Positions 48,826-58,632 of a stretch of DNA of 64,000 nt are shown here, piece after piece (position 1 is the stretch's first letter; each line of letters opens with the position of its first letter). The stretch is taken from contig JAQVJR010000001.1 in the NCBI GenBank assembly GCA_028695015.1, positions 180,498-244,497 of the forward strand, given 5' to 3'. A program made the position numbers and the translations under genes. A model generated the notes under the pieces. It worked only from the letters and a program-made list of their open reading frames with translations. It made no database searches and had not been told where the DNA came from. This stretch comes from Minisyncoccota bacterium (GTDB taxonomy: Bacteria > Patescibacteriota > Minisyncoccia > UBA6257).

Positions 48826-49626
48826 TTATAACTTATTATTTATTAATAATAAAGATAAACAAGTCCATTGGTTTAAAGAGAGGTTTTGAGCTCTAATATT
48901 TAAAGGCAGATTAAGTTTTTTAAAAGATTTTTCAATAATCTTTTTATCAATTTTAAGATTTAAGCAAAGATTGTTAATTAAAAGCTTCCTTGGTTGTTTA
49001 AAACCAGCTTTAATAATTTTAAAAAAAGATTGTTCAATAGCCTTTGTCCTTTTATTATCAACAAAGGGAGTGATTTGTATGATTGCTGAATCTATCTTTG
49101 GTTTTGGAGAAAAAGCAGTTTTAGGTACATAAGAAATAATTTTAGCATGGGCATAAAATTGAACAGAAGCGGCTAATAAATTCATTTTTGGTGGTTGTTG
49201 AATGATTCTTTGGGCAACTTCTTTCTGAATCATTAAAATAATATCCTCTGGTTGTTTTTTCAATTCTAATAAAAGCTTAATCAAATACGAGGTTAGATAA
49301 TAAGGAATATTGCCTATAACCTTAAAATTAGATTTTAGAATTTGAGAATCAGAAATTAAAAAATCTCTAATATCTCCTTGAATAATTTTTAAATTTAAAT
49401 TGTTTTCAAATCGTTGTTTAAGGAATTTTACTAACTCTGGATCTTTTTCAATAGCAATGACTTGAGCTTTAGTTTTTAACAATGCTTGGGTTAAAATTCC
49501 TTTTCCAGCGCCAATCTCTAAAACTAAATCCTTTTCATTAATTTGTCCTGCCTTGATGATTTTATTAACAAAAGACAGATCTTTGAGAAAAACCTGGCCT
49601 AATTTTTTTTGTTTAATAAATGACAT
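48826..49626 (-). CDS. rsmA: 16S rRNA m6,2A dimethyltransferase
   Basis: KKLGQVFL, EIGAGKG, GNIPYYLTS, QKEVAQR; start set at MSFIK. Confidence 0.96.
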   Translation of the reverse strand: MSFIKQKKLGQVFLKDLSFVNKIIKAGQINEKDLVLEIGAGKGILTQALLKTKAQVIAIEKDPELVKFLKQRFENNLNLKIIQGDIRDFLISDSQILKSNFKVIGNIPYYLTSYLIKLLLELKKQPEDIILMIQKEVAQRIIQQPPKMNLLAASVQFYAHAKIISYVPKTAFSPKPKIDSAIIQITPFVDNKRTKAIEQSFFKIIKAGFKQPRKLLINNLCLNLKIDKKIIEKSFKKLNLPLNIRAQNLSLNQWTCLSLLLINNKL

Positions 49627-49705
49627 AGTGTGTTTTGACAAAATTAGTGGCTGTGTTAAAATATTTACAAGGTTGAGAAAGAATTTTAATAAAATAACAA
49701 TTAAA

Positions 49706-50428
49706 ATGAATCCAAAATATAAAAAAATAATTATTATTCTTGCTAGTGCACTTTTAATCGGTCTTTTGGTTTTTGTTTTCTTTTTTTCAAAGAGAGGCAA
49801 AATCAAGCTTGGCTGGGATTCAGATATTTATACAGGATTTCTATTGCCTGAAAAAGGAGCCTGGTCTGAATTAGTCGTATATGATGAAGAAGGCAATGAG
49901 AGCTTGCAAAGATCAATTTACCTTGGAGAATCTTATTTGGAAGGAATGCGAATTTATGGAGTAGAAACAGATCCCAATGTAAATAATAGCACTGGTTCTG
50001 TTCTTCAGGTTTGGTATGATTATGCAACTGAAGATATTATAAAAATGGTAAGTAAGGAGAAGCAAGAAAAAGACATAATTTGTATCAATGTTCCTCTAAT
50101 GGAAACATTATTCCCTACACTTACTAATTACTTACCTACAGTAGTTACTCCGGCCAAATACAGCTCAATAAACAGATACACATATGATACATATACTACA
50201 GAAACTGGAAAAACAATTCAAACAGCTAAATTTGTAGATGATTATGAAACAGAAATATGGCTAAGCACAGAAATTCCTTTTGGAATAGTCAAAGGTGTTT
50301 ATTTACCTAATAATTTAATAGTTGCTTATCTGCGTGATTTTGGTTTATTTGGAGCTACACCTTTAATTTCTGAAATACAAGCAATTAATTGTCAACCAAT
50401 AAAATTACTAAGCGAATTATCTGAATAA
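49706..50428 (+). CDS. Membrane-anchored hypothetical protein
   Basis: Start at MNPKYKK avoids overlap with rsmA; TM helix; IWLSTEIPFGIVK. Confidence 0.7.
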   Translation: MNPKYKKIIIILASALLIGLLVFVFFFSKRGKIKLGWDSDIYTGFLLPEKGAWSELVVYDEEGNESLQRSIYLGESYLEGMRIYGVETDPNVNNSTGSVLQVWYDYATEDIIKMVSKEKQEKDIICINVPLMETLFPTLTNYLPTVVTPAKYSSINRYTYDTYTTETGKTIQTAKFVDDYETEIWLSTEIPFGIVKGVYLPNNLIVAYLRDFGLFGATPLISEIQAINCQPIKLLSELSE

Positions 50429-50599
50429 AACACAAATATTTTTCTTAAAATCCTTTTGGCTTTAGGTTTTTAAAAGGGTTGACTTTTGCAATTCTTTTGA
50501 TAAAATACTGTAAAGCCTTGAAAAAGGCTTTTTAAATAGAACATTTGCTTCTAAATTAACATTTTTACTTGGAAAACACAATTAAATAAAGGAATAGAG

Positions 50600-51748
50600 A
50601 TTGTTAAGAATAAACTGAAATTCATAGATAAAAAACAACAAATAATAACCACGCCTCTGTTTCAAGTCGTTGTTGGCTTTTTTGCATTTTCTTTCCTTTT
50701 TGGTAATTATTACCTCTCTCCTCAAATTATGGTTGTTCAAAGACAAGGAGAGGGTTTTTTAATTAAGGAGAATATTAACCCAACAATTATTGAAGTCAAT
50801 CAATTAACAAAAACAGCCTATGCTTATTCAGAAAATATTTGTGTTGATGGTAGTCAAATATTAGAAACTGATTTAAATGAAAAAACTGATGAAGAATTTC
50901 CTGATTATTTTATAGTAGTAGATGAGAGTAGTTTTTTAAGCTTAAATGCTCCAACAGAATCTTCAATTCCTTTAATTTCAAGAAATACAACAGTTAGCTA
51001 TACAGTTAAAGAAGGTGATAGCCCTGGGAAAATAGCTGCCCAATTTGGCATTAGTTTAAATACTGTTCTATCAGCTAATAACCTTAATTCAAAATCAGTT
51101 ATTAAGCCAGGTCAAGAGCTTGTTATTTTACCTGTTTCTGGAGTTACTCATAAGGTAAAAAGCGGAGAATCTTTATCATCAATTGCTTCAAAATACAAAG
51201 CATCAATTGATGATATTATTAGTTTTAATAATTTGAAAGATGAAAAATCTATTCAGTCAGGACAGGAAATTATCATTCCTGGAGGAATTCTTGCTTCTAC
51301 AGGCTCTTCAGCAAGCACAACAGTGAAAACAACAAGTGCTTCTTCTTCTGGATTAACACCAATGAAAGAAGATACAAGTTCTTGGACTTGCTATGATGAC
51401 TTTTTTGCTTTTCCAGTTTCTGGTGGTTGGAACAAAGGTGTTCTTCATTACTATAATGCAGTTGACATTATTAGTTCTTGTGGTAGCCCTATTTATGCTT
51501 CGGCAGATGGAATTGTAATAGATGCTAAAGGATCAGGTGCTTATAACTTAGGATATGGTAATTTAGTTAAAGTCCAACATAATAATGGCACAATGACAGT
51601 TTATGCTCACTTAAGTGAAGTTTTAGTAAAAGCAGGAGATAAGGTTTATCAAGGAAGTTTATTAGGCAGAATGGGTGACACAGGGAATTCTAATGGTTGT
51701 CATCTTCATTTTGAAGTTCATGGTGCTCAAAATCCCTTTGTTCAATAA
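50600..51748 (+). CDS. LysM-LysM-M23 peptidase; start uncertain (first ATG is at 50729)
   Basis: YTVKEGDS and HKVKSGESL LysM motifs; YAHL and HLHFE M23 motifs; an in-frame TM segment lies upstream of the first ATG. Confidence 0.88.
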   Translation: MVKNKLKFIDKKQQIITTPLFQVVVGFFAFSFLFGNYYLSPQIMVVQRQGEGFLIKENINPTIIEVNQLTKTAYAYSENICVDGSQILETDLNEKTDEEFPDYFIVVDESSFLSLNAPTESSIPLISRNTTVSYTVKEGDSPGKIAAQFGISLNTVLSANNLNSKSVIKPGQELVILPVSGVTHKVKSGESLSSIASKYKASIDDIISFNNLKDEKSIQSGQEIIIPGGILASTGSSASTTVKTTSASSSGLTPMKEDTSSWTCYDDFFAFPVSGGWNKGVLHYYNAVDIISSCGSPIYASADGIVIDAKGSGAYNLGYGNLVKVQHNNGTMTVYAHLSEVLVKAGDKVYQGSLLGRMGDTGNSNGCHLHFEVHGAQNPFVQ

Positions 51749-51859
51749 ACTAAACAATATTTCTTTTAGGATCAGCTATTATTAGCTGATTTTTTAATCT
51801 AATAAATAAAAACAGTGGTATTCTGAATTACCACTGCTTTTTATCAAATATATTAGTAA

Positions 51860-52228
51860 TTATGGCTTATTAGTACATGAAAGACAGGTTTTGGCTGCTG
51901 GATTAGCTCTTAGGCGACCTAATTCAATCTCTTTATTGCAATTCTCACAATAACCATAAGTATTGTTTTTAATCCTTTCTAAGGCCTCATTAACCTCTTT
52001 TAAGCGAAGCTCTAGGGCATATTCAATAGCTAGGAGGTTTTCATAGGTTTCTACTTCTTTTGCTTCTTCATCTGGAGAAGAAGAGCGCTCGCCAAAGCTT
52101 GGAAAACGGGTATCATAATCATCAGCGACTCTCTTATCTTTATCAGCAAATTTTAACAAACTCTCTTTTAAAAGAGTTCTTTCGCTTTCTAATTTTTTCT
52201 TTAATTCAGTTAATACTTTTTTATTCAT
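51860..52228 (-). CDS. TraR/DksA C4-type zinc finger protein
   Basis: ALERIKNNTYGYCENC...RLRANPAAKTCLSC. Confidence 0.9.
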   Translation of the reverse strand: MNKKVLTELKKKLESERTLLKESLLKFADKDKRVADDYDTRFPSFGERSSSPDEEAKEVETYENLLAIEYALELRLKEVNEALERIKNNTYGYCENCNKEIELGRLRANPAAKTCLSCTNKP

Positions 52229-52349
52229 ACTTGTTTTTAATTCTTCTCTATTATCTATATTAAAGGTATTTTCTTGAAAGTCAATTGACGTTAATTTAAA
52301 AAATTGCTATTATTAAAAAAGATCAAATTAAAAAGATATTTTTTTATTT

Positions 52350-52424
<75 letters not shown>

Positions 52425-52469
52425 ATTATAAGAAGTAAATGATAAAAGAAAAATTCGTTTTCCAACGAA

Positions 52470-52724
52470 TTATTTTTTTATTTCAAGTAGTAATTTTTCT
52501 GTTTCCTCAAGCATAATATCATTCAAATCACCTAAATAGTTTTCAAGAAAATCTTTTTTCTCTGTATCATTTTCTGAGTTAAAGATTTTAGCCATCATTG
52601 CCTTTTTCTCATCTTCTAGATTTTCATAAGCTCTCATTAAAGAACGTTTCAAAATAGTATCATACAAATCAGTAATTGTTTTTTCAAATTCTGGAGGAAA
52701 GTTTTTTAAAAAATTTTGTAGCAT
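52470..52724 (-). CDS. Small helical hypothetical protein
   Basis: ORF track; co-oriented with upstream genes. Confidence 0.65.
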   Translation of the reverse strand: MLQNFLKNFPPEFEKTITDLYDTILKRSLMRAYENLEDEKKAMMAKIFNSENDTEKKDFLENYLGDLNDIMLEETEKLLLEIKK

Positions 52725-52768
52725 TTATTTTTTTAAATAAATTTTGACCTTTAAATATTTCTAATTGT

Positions 52769-53935
52769 TTAAATTTTTGTTTTACCACCGGCATCAACTA
52801 ATTTTTCAACAGCTTTTAATTCTATAAGCATAAAAAGGATTAATATTAATAATATTCCTGAGCCTAAAATACCAAAAACTTTTCCTAGTGATTCAATTCC
52901 TTTTTTCCCTGCTTTCCCCATTACTTCAAGTCCTTTTTTACTCATTGTTCCGAGTTTTTCAAATCCTTTCTTTCCTTGTCCTTTAATAAATTTAAATGCA
53001 TTATTTATTGCACGAGGATGCTTTTCAAAAGCATTATCTGTTTCTTCTGCTATCCTTTCAATATCATCTCTTAAGACCATCAGGTCCTTTTGTTTTTCTG
53101 GATCATTAAATATATTAGAAGAGTCTTTTATATGTTGCCATACATTATCTGGGTGCCACATATTTTCAATGTCTTTTCCATGCCTAAAAGCTGTTCTTTT
53201 AAGCTCTAGTTCTATTTTTTCTATTTCATTGTCTTTTTCCTTTTGCTCAATAGTTTCTGGTTTACTTGTATCTTTTGTTAAGCTTTCTTCTTGGCTTTCT
53301 TTATCATCTTGTTCTTCAGGCTCATATATTTCTTCGTGTCTAGGAGCTTCTTGAAGCGTTTTTAAAAGTTCAGCAGATTCTTTAAATTCTTCCTCTGAAG
53401 ATGGTAAAGGGCTTTCTGGTTTTGGTTTTATCTTTGGTTCTTCTTTTAATTCTTGTTCTAGTTCTTTTACCAAATTAGATAATTTTTGATGTTGTTTTTC
53501 TATTACCTTTTGTTCTTCAAAATCTTCAGGGATTTTGTATTCTTTCTTTTCTATTTTTTCATATTCTTGATCTAATTTTTCTCTCCAATTATCTATTTTA
53601 GCTATTAGTGCTTGTGTGCTCTCTTTGTCTATTTTTGGTGCTGGTTTTAATGTTGATTCTGGTTTATCTGGCTTAGTATCTTTTAATTCTAGTTCATAGG
53701 TCTTAGTTAAATAAGACAGTTTATCATGCTGTTGTTGGATTTTGTCTACTTCATTTTTATCTTCAATAGTTTTGTATTCTTTTTCTTCTATTTCTTCAAA
53801 TTGCTGATCTAACTCTCTTCTTAATTTATCCATTCCTTGTATATTCCTTTGTACGCTTTCTTTTTCAATTCTTTCGGTTACTTCTTCTTCTGTTTGTCTT
53901 CTTAGGTTTTCAAATGATGGAGTCTCAATTGACAT
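52769..53935 (-). CDS. Tail-anchored coiled-coil protein with internal duplication
   Basis: Two ~70-aa LDQ..E.IE.KEYK..D...QH.KLS.L units; C-terminal TM helix. Confidence 0.75.
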   Translation of the reverse strand: MSIETPSFENLRRQTEEEVTERIEKESVQRNIQGMDKLRRELDQQFEEIEEKEYKTIEDKNEVDKIQQQHDKLSYLTKTYELELKDTKPDKPESTLKPAPKIDKESTQALIAKIDNWREKLDQEYEKIEKKEYKIPEDFEEQKVIEKQHQKLSNLVKELEQELKEEPKIKPKPESPLPSSEEEFKESAELLKTLQEAPRHEEIYEPEEQDDKESQEESLTKDTSKPETIEQKEKDNEIEKIELELKRTAFRHGKDIENMWHPDNVWQHIKDSSNIFNDPEKQKDLMVLRDDIERIAEETDNAFEKHPRAINNAFKFIKGQGKKGFEKLGTMSKKGLEVMGKAGKKGIESLGKVFGILGSGILLILILFMLIELKAVEKLVDAGGKTKI

Positions 53936-53940
53936 GTTTA

Positions 53941-54549
53941 TTATTTTTTAGGTTTTATAATCTCATCTATAATACCGTATTTTTTAGCTTCTTCTGGCAC
54001 TAACCAAAAATCTCTTTCAGTTTCTTTAGCGATTTTAGTTAATGGTTGTCCAGTATGTTTAGCTAAAAGCTGATTTAATTGTTTTTTAACACGAAGAATC
54101 TGCTTAGCAGCAATCTCTATTTCTGTTGCTTGGCCACCTGCTTGTCCCATTACTTGATGAAGAAGAATTTCTGCATTAGGCAAGGCAAATCTTTTTCCTT
54201 TAGTGCCAGCAGCTAAGAGGACAGCTGCTCCAGAAGCAGCCATGCCTAAACATAAAGAAGAAACATCACATTTAACATGTTGCATTGTATCATAGATAGC
54301 TAAGGCAGAGGTGACAGAGCCACCAGGGGAATTAATATATAAAAGAATATCTTTATTGCTATCTTGATGCTCTAAAAACAGTAATTGAGCAATAATAGTA
54401 TTAGCTAAGGCATCATCAATAGGTCCACCTAAGAAAATAATTCTTTCTTTTAAAAGACGAGAATAAATATCATAAACCCTTTCCCCAATATTGGTTTTCT
54501 CAATTACAGTAGGGATTAAGACCATGTTATTAGAATTTTGATTAGTCAT
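53941..54549 (-). CDS. clpP: Clp protease proteolytic subunit
   Basis: [27 protein letters not shown]. Confidence 0.97.
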   Translation of the reverse strand: MTNQNSNNMVLIPTVIEKTNIGERVYDIYSRLLKERIIFLGGPIDDALANTIIAQLLFLEHQDSNKDILLYINSPGGSVTSALAIYDTMQHVKCDVSSLCLGMAASGAAVLLAAGTKGKRFALPNAEILLHQVMGQAGGQATEIEIAAKQILRVKKQLNQLLAKHTGQPLTKIAKETERDFWLVPEEAKKYGIIDEIIKPKK

Positions 54550-54650
54550 AAATATCACTTATTTAAGTAGTTTTTATTATAACAAATTTGTAAATAGTTG
54601 TAAAATAGTTTCTGGCAAAAAAAGAATAAAATTGATATAGTAAAATTATC

Positions 54651-55346
54651 ATGAACACAAAGAAAGAGCAAAAAGAATTAACAATTGTAATTCCTGCTTA
54701 TCAATCAGAAAAAACCATTAAAAATACAATCTCGTCTTTAATTAAATATTTCCCTCAAGCAGAAATTCTTATTGTTAATGATGGGAGTACAGACAAGACT
54801 AAAAAGATCAAAGATATTTTTCAAGAACAAATTGTTTATTTAGAAAATGAAACAAATAAAGGAAAAGGTTATAGTTTGCGAAAAGGATTTGCTCAAGCCC
54901 AAGGAAAATATATTATCTTTACAGATGCTGATTTGCCTTTTAAAGTTCAGGATATAGAAAGAGTGTTTCAAAAATTAAAACAAGGCAATGCTATTATTAT
55001 TGCTCGTCGCGAAGAGTTTTATAATGATGTTTTTTATAAAAAACTATTCAGGCCTTTTCTTTACTTTATGTTATATCTTCTTTTTGGTTTTAAATATCTT
55101 GATACCCAATGCGGACTTAAAGGTTTTAACAAGCAAGCTGGAAAGAAAATTCTAGCAGCGTCAATCACTAATGAATTTGCTATTGATATAGAGATTTTGT
55201 ATTTGGCAAGAAAATTAAATTATCCCATTGCTGAAATTGTAGTCAAACAGGAGCTATTTTCTGCTTCTACTTTTCGCTTAGCTCATATTTTTAGAATGCT
55301 CACTGACTTGTTTAAAATTAAATTTCATCATTATGAAATATCTTAA
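54651..55346 (+). CDS. GT2 glycosyltransferase (polyprenol-phosphate sugar synthase-like)
   Basis: IVIPAY, NDGSTD, DADL, DTQCGLKGF. Confidence 0.9.
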   Translation: MNTKKEQKELTIVIPAYQSEKTIKNTISSLIKYFPQAEILIVNDGSTDKTKKIKDIFQEQIVYLENETNKGKGYSLRKGFAQAQGKYIIFTDADLPFKVQDIERVFQKLKQGNAIIIARREEFYNDVFYKKLFRPFLYFMLYLLFGFKYLDTQCGLKGFNKQAGKKILAASITNEFAIDIEILYLARKLNYPIAEIVVKQELFSASTFRLAHIFRMLTDLFKIKFHHYEIS

Positions 55347-57363
55347 ATTACAGAAAATTTTTATTATTTTAATGTTTGTTTTGGTTTATGGATTTTTGAT
55401 TTATCAGATTCCTTGGAAATTAGTTTTTACTGATACCATGATTGCTGGTGGAGATACAGGTTCGCATAATTATATTGCATATTATGCTCAGGAAATTTTT
55501 CCTAAAATAAAATGGTGGTCTCCTGATTGGTATGCTGGTTTTCCTTTTTTATACTTTTATCCTCCTCTCCTCTATTACATAACAGTGATTTTGAGCTTTT
55601 TTATCCCTTTAAATATTGCTTTTAAATTAATTACCTTAACAGGAACTTTTCTATTACCTCTGGCAATATTTCTTTGTTTGTATTTGCTTGATTTTAAATT
55701 CCCAATTCCATCAATTGGAGCTTTATTGAGTTTAAGTTATCTTTTTTTAGAAGAATTTTCTATTTATGGAGGTAATATACCAAGCACTTTAGCAGGTGAA
55801 TTCTCTTATTCTTGCGCCTTTGCTCTTTTCTTTATTTTTATTGGTTTATTAATAAAAGGCATTAAAGAAAACAAGTTTTTAATTTTAAATATCTTGATTT
55901 TATCTTTAATGGTTCTTATTCATCCTTTTTCAGTAATAGTTTCAGTTTTAATTGGTGTTATTCTTTTTATTCAAAGCATAATACAAAAAGAAACCAAAAG
56001 GGTTTTTTGGTATTTAGCAAAAGTATTTGGTCTGGCTTTTGCCTTAACAGCATTTTGGTCTTTGCCTTTTTTAGCGCTTTTACCCTATACCTCAAAAATG
56101 CAATGGACAAAAGTAATTAAGCTTAGTGAGATTTTCCCTTCTTCTTTAATAATTTTCCAAGCACTGGCTGTTTTAGGATTTCTCTTAGCTTTAATTAAAA
56201 AAGAAAAAAGAATTATTCCTTTTCTTTATATTATCATTAGCTCTTTAATTCCATTTTTGGTTTTAAATCATTCTAGCATTTGGAATACCAGGTTTTTGCC
56301 CTTTATTATCATGGGTTATTTAATGCTAGCTGCTTATGGCTTAGGTTCTTTATTGCAAAAAACTAAAAAACTACTTCCTTTTGTCTGTCTTTTAATATGT
56401 TCAATTGGTTTTATTTTTTTCTATCTGCCTGAGAATATATCTTATATCCCCTTTTGGTTAACATGGAATTATGAAGGATTTCAAAACAAGGAAACCTGGT
56501 TTGAAGTGGAGGATCTGGCTGATTATTTAGTTGATTTACCATATGGTAGAGTAATGTGGGAGTATCGTTCTGAATATGATAAATTTGGCACCCCAAGAGT
56601 TTTAGAAAATCTACCGATATGGATTAACAAACCAACTTTTGAAGGTTTATTAATTGAATCTTCTCTTTCTGGATATTTTCATTTTCTTAATCAGGCTGAA
56701 ACTACAGAAACGCCAACAGCAGCCATAGCTGGAATAAAATATCCACCTTTTGATTTTAAAAAAGGGGTCAGGCATTTACAATATTTTGGTGCTCAATATT
56801 TTGTTGCTTTTACCCCAAATATTAAAAACTTAGCAGATGAGCATCTGATTAAATTAAACAATATTGGAGAATTTAATGTTTATAAAGTACCAAATTCAGA
56901 TTTAGTAGAAGTTTTTGAAGATTTTGACTTAATTTTGAAAAACAAACATTGGCTAGATCAATCTATTGATTGGTATCAAGAAACAGATTTATCAAAACCA
57001 ATCATTTTTTATAAAAACAAAAAAGAACTTAAAAACATTCAAGATAATCTGAAAAACCTTAAAGAACCAATTAATGAAGAAGCAGGAATAGAGATAATAA
57101 GAATAGAAAAAGATTCTTTGTCTTTTAAAACTAATCAATTAGGTAAACCTCATTTAATAAAATATACATATTTTCCTGGTTGGCAAGTAAAAGGAGGTAA
57201 GGGTCCTTATTTAATTAGTCCTAGCTTTATGGTAATTATTCCCACAGAGCAAGAGGTGATTTTAAGTTATTCTTATAACCTTTGGGATAAGATAGGTTTT
57301 GCAATGTCAATTGCAAGCCTAGTCATTTTAATTTTATTTGCCTTTGCCTTGCTGTCTCTCTAG
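55333..57363 (+). CDS. GT-C-like polytopic membrane protein (PTPS-related/YfhO-like)
   Basis: GGDTGSH, WYAGFPFLYFYPPL, many TM helices, YFPGW. Confidence 0.8.
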   Translation: MKYLKLQKIFIILMFVLVYGFLIYQIPWKLVFTDTMIAGGDTGSHNYIAYYAQEIFPKIKWWSPDWYAGFPFLYFYPPLLYYITVILSFFIPLNIAFKLITLTGTFLLPLAIFLCLYLLDFKFPIPSIGALLSLSYLFLEEFSIYGGNIPSTLAGEFSYSCAFALFFIFIGLLIKGIKENKFLILNILILSLMVLIHPFSVIVSVLIGVILFIQSIIQKETKRVFWYLAKVFGLAFALTAFWSLPFLALLPYTSKMQWTKVIKLSEIFPSSLIIFQALAVLGFLLALIKKEKRIIPFLYIIISSLIPFLVLNHSSIWNTRFLPFIIMGYLMLAAYGLGSLLQKTKKLLPFVCLLICSIGFIFFYLPENISYIPFWLTWNYEGFQNKETWFEVEDLADYLVDLPYGRVMWEYRSEYDKFGTPRVLENLPIWINKPTFEGLLIESSLSGYFHFLNQAETTETPTAAIAGIKYPPFDFKKGVRHLQYFGAQYFVAFTPNIKNLADEHLIKLNNIGEFNVYKVPNSDLVEVFEDFDLILKNKHWLDQSIDWYQETDLSKPIIFYKNKKELKNIQDNLKNLKEPINEEAGIEIIRIEKDSLSFKTNQLGKPHLIKYTYFPGWQVKGGKGPYLISPSFMVIIPTEQEVILSYSYNLWDKIGFAMSIASLVILILFAFALLSL

Positions 57364-58632
57364 GAAATTAAAAACTTTTTCATTACGCATAATACTTAAA
57401 GCAAATTCTTTTAAATCCTCTTGATTAATCTTTTCTTTTATTTCAGGCGTTGGAATTTGTTTTAATATGTCATTGATTTTATCTTGAATTTCTTTCTCAG
57501 TAACTTCAATTTTCTCCAAAGAAGCAATTTCTCTTAAAACTAAAGAAGAAATAACTCTTTTTTTTGCTAATTTTTTTAAATCTTTCTTTAATTCTTCTTC
57601 ATTTTTTTTAATTTGCTCTAAGTATTTTTCAAAAGGTAATTGGATCTGATTTAATTGATTTCTTAATTCCCCAATCATAATATTTAATTCACTCTCTACA
57701 AGTATTTCTGGAACTTCAATTTGAGTTTCAGAAGATATTTTTTCTAAAACTTCAGCTTGCCATTTTTCTTTTTCTTTTTGTTGTTTTTCTATTAACAGCC
57801 CATCTTTAATATTTTTCTTCAATTCTTCTATGTTTTTAAATTTACCTACATTTTGGGCAAATTTATCATCCAAATCAGGTAATTCTTTTGTTTTAACTTC
57901 TTTTAAGAATACTTCTATACTTAGAGTTTTACTTTGAAGTTGTTTTTCCGGCCAATTTTTAGGAACAATAATTTCAAAATTTTTCTTATCTCCAGATTTC
58001 ATCTTAATTAAATTGTCTTCAAATCCAGGAATAAAATTTCCCTTTCCAAGAATAAAAGAATAATTCTTATCCTCACCATTAGGAATAGTGTTTTGGTTTT
58101 CTTTAATTTGATAATCAATAGTAACAATATCATCAATCCTTGCCTGGCGGTTAACTGTTTGTAAAACAGCGCGAGAGTTTTGAAGCCAAGAAAGAGCTTC
58201 AGTTATCTCTTTAGCAGTTACTGTTAGTTTATCCTCATCCTTTTTTAGTGTGTTTTTTGCGATTGTTTGATAATCAGGTAAATGAATTTCAGGGATTACA
58301 GTGATCTCAATTTTAAATACCACCTCTTGACTAGGAACGATTTTCGTGATGTAAATATTTGGACGACCTATAGCCTGAATATTATTTTCTAAAATGATTT
58401 CAGGATACATTTTCTCTATAGCCAAAGCAGCCATTCTTTCAGATACTTTCATGGGAGAAAGATGGTTTTCAGCAATAGGCAAAGGAGCCTTACCTAAACG
58501 ATAACCATTAATTTGAAGGTCTTTGTTCAATTCTTTTAAAGCAGTTTCTTTAAAAGGTAAAAGATCTTTATGGTTTAAAGAAACTATAATTTCTTGTTTT
58601 GATTCTGGTAAGGAATTAATTTTTAATTTCAT
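57334..58632 (-). CDS. tig: Trigger factor
   Basis: GYRLGKAP, FIPGFEDNL, LPDLDDKFA; start set at MKLKI. Confidence 0.95.
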   Translation of the reverse strand: MKLKINSLPESKQEIIVSLNHKDLLPFKETALKELNKDLQINGYRLGKAPLPIAENHLSPMKVSERMAALAIEKMYPEIILENNIQAIGRPNIYITKIVPSQEVVFKIEITVIPEIHLPDYQTIAKNTLKKDEDKLTVTAKEITEALSWLQNSRAVLQTVNRQARIDDIVTIDYQIKENQNTIPNGEDKNYSFILGKGNFIPGFEDNLIKMKSGDKKNFEIIVPKNWPEKQLQSKTLSIEVFLKEVKTKELPDLDDKFAQNVGKFKNIEELKKNIKDGLLIEKQQKEKEKWQAEVLEKISSETQIEVPEILVESELNIMIGELRNQLNQIQLPFEKYLEQIKKNEEELKKDLKKLAKKRVISSLVLREIASLEKIEVTEKEIQDKINDILKQIPTPEIKEKINQEDLKEFALSIMRNEKVFNFLERQQGKGK

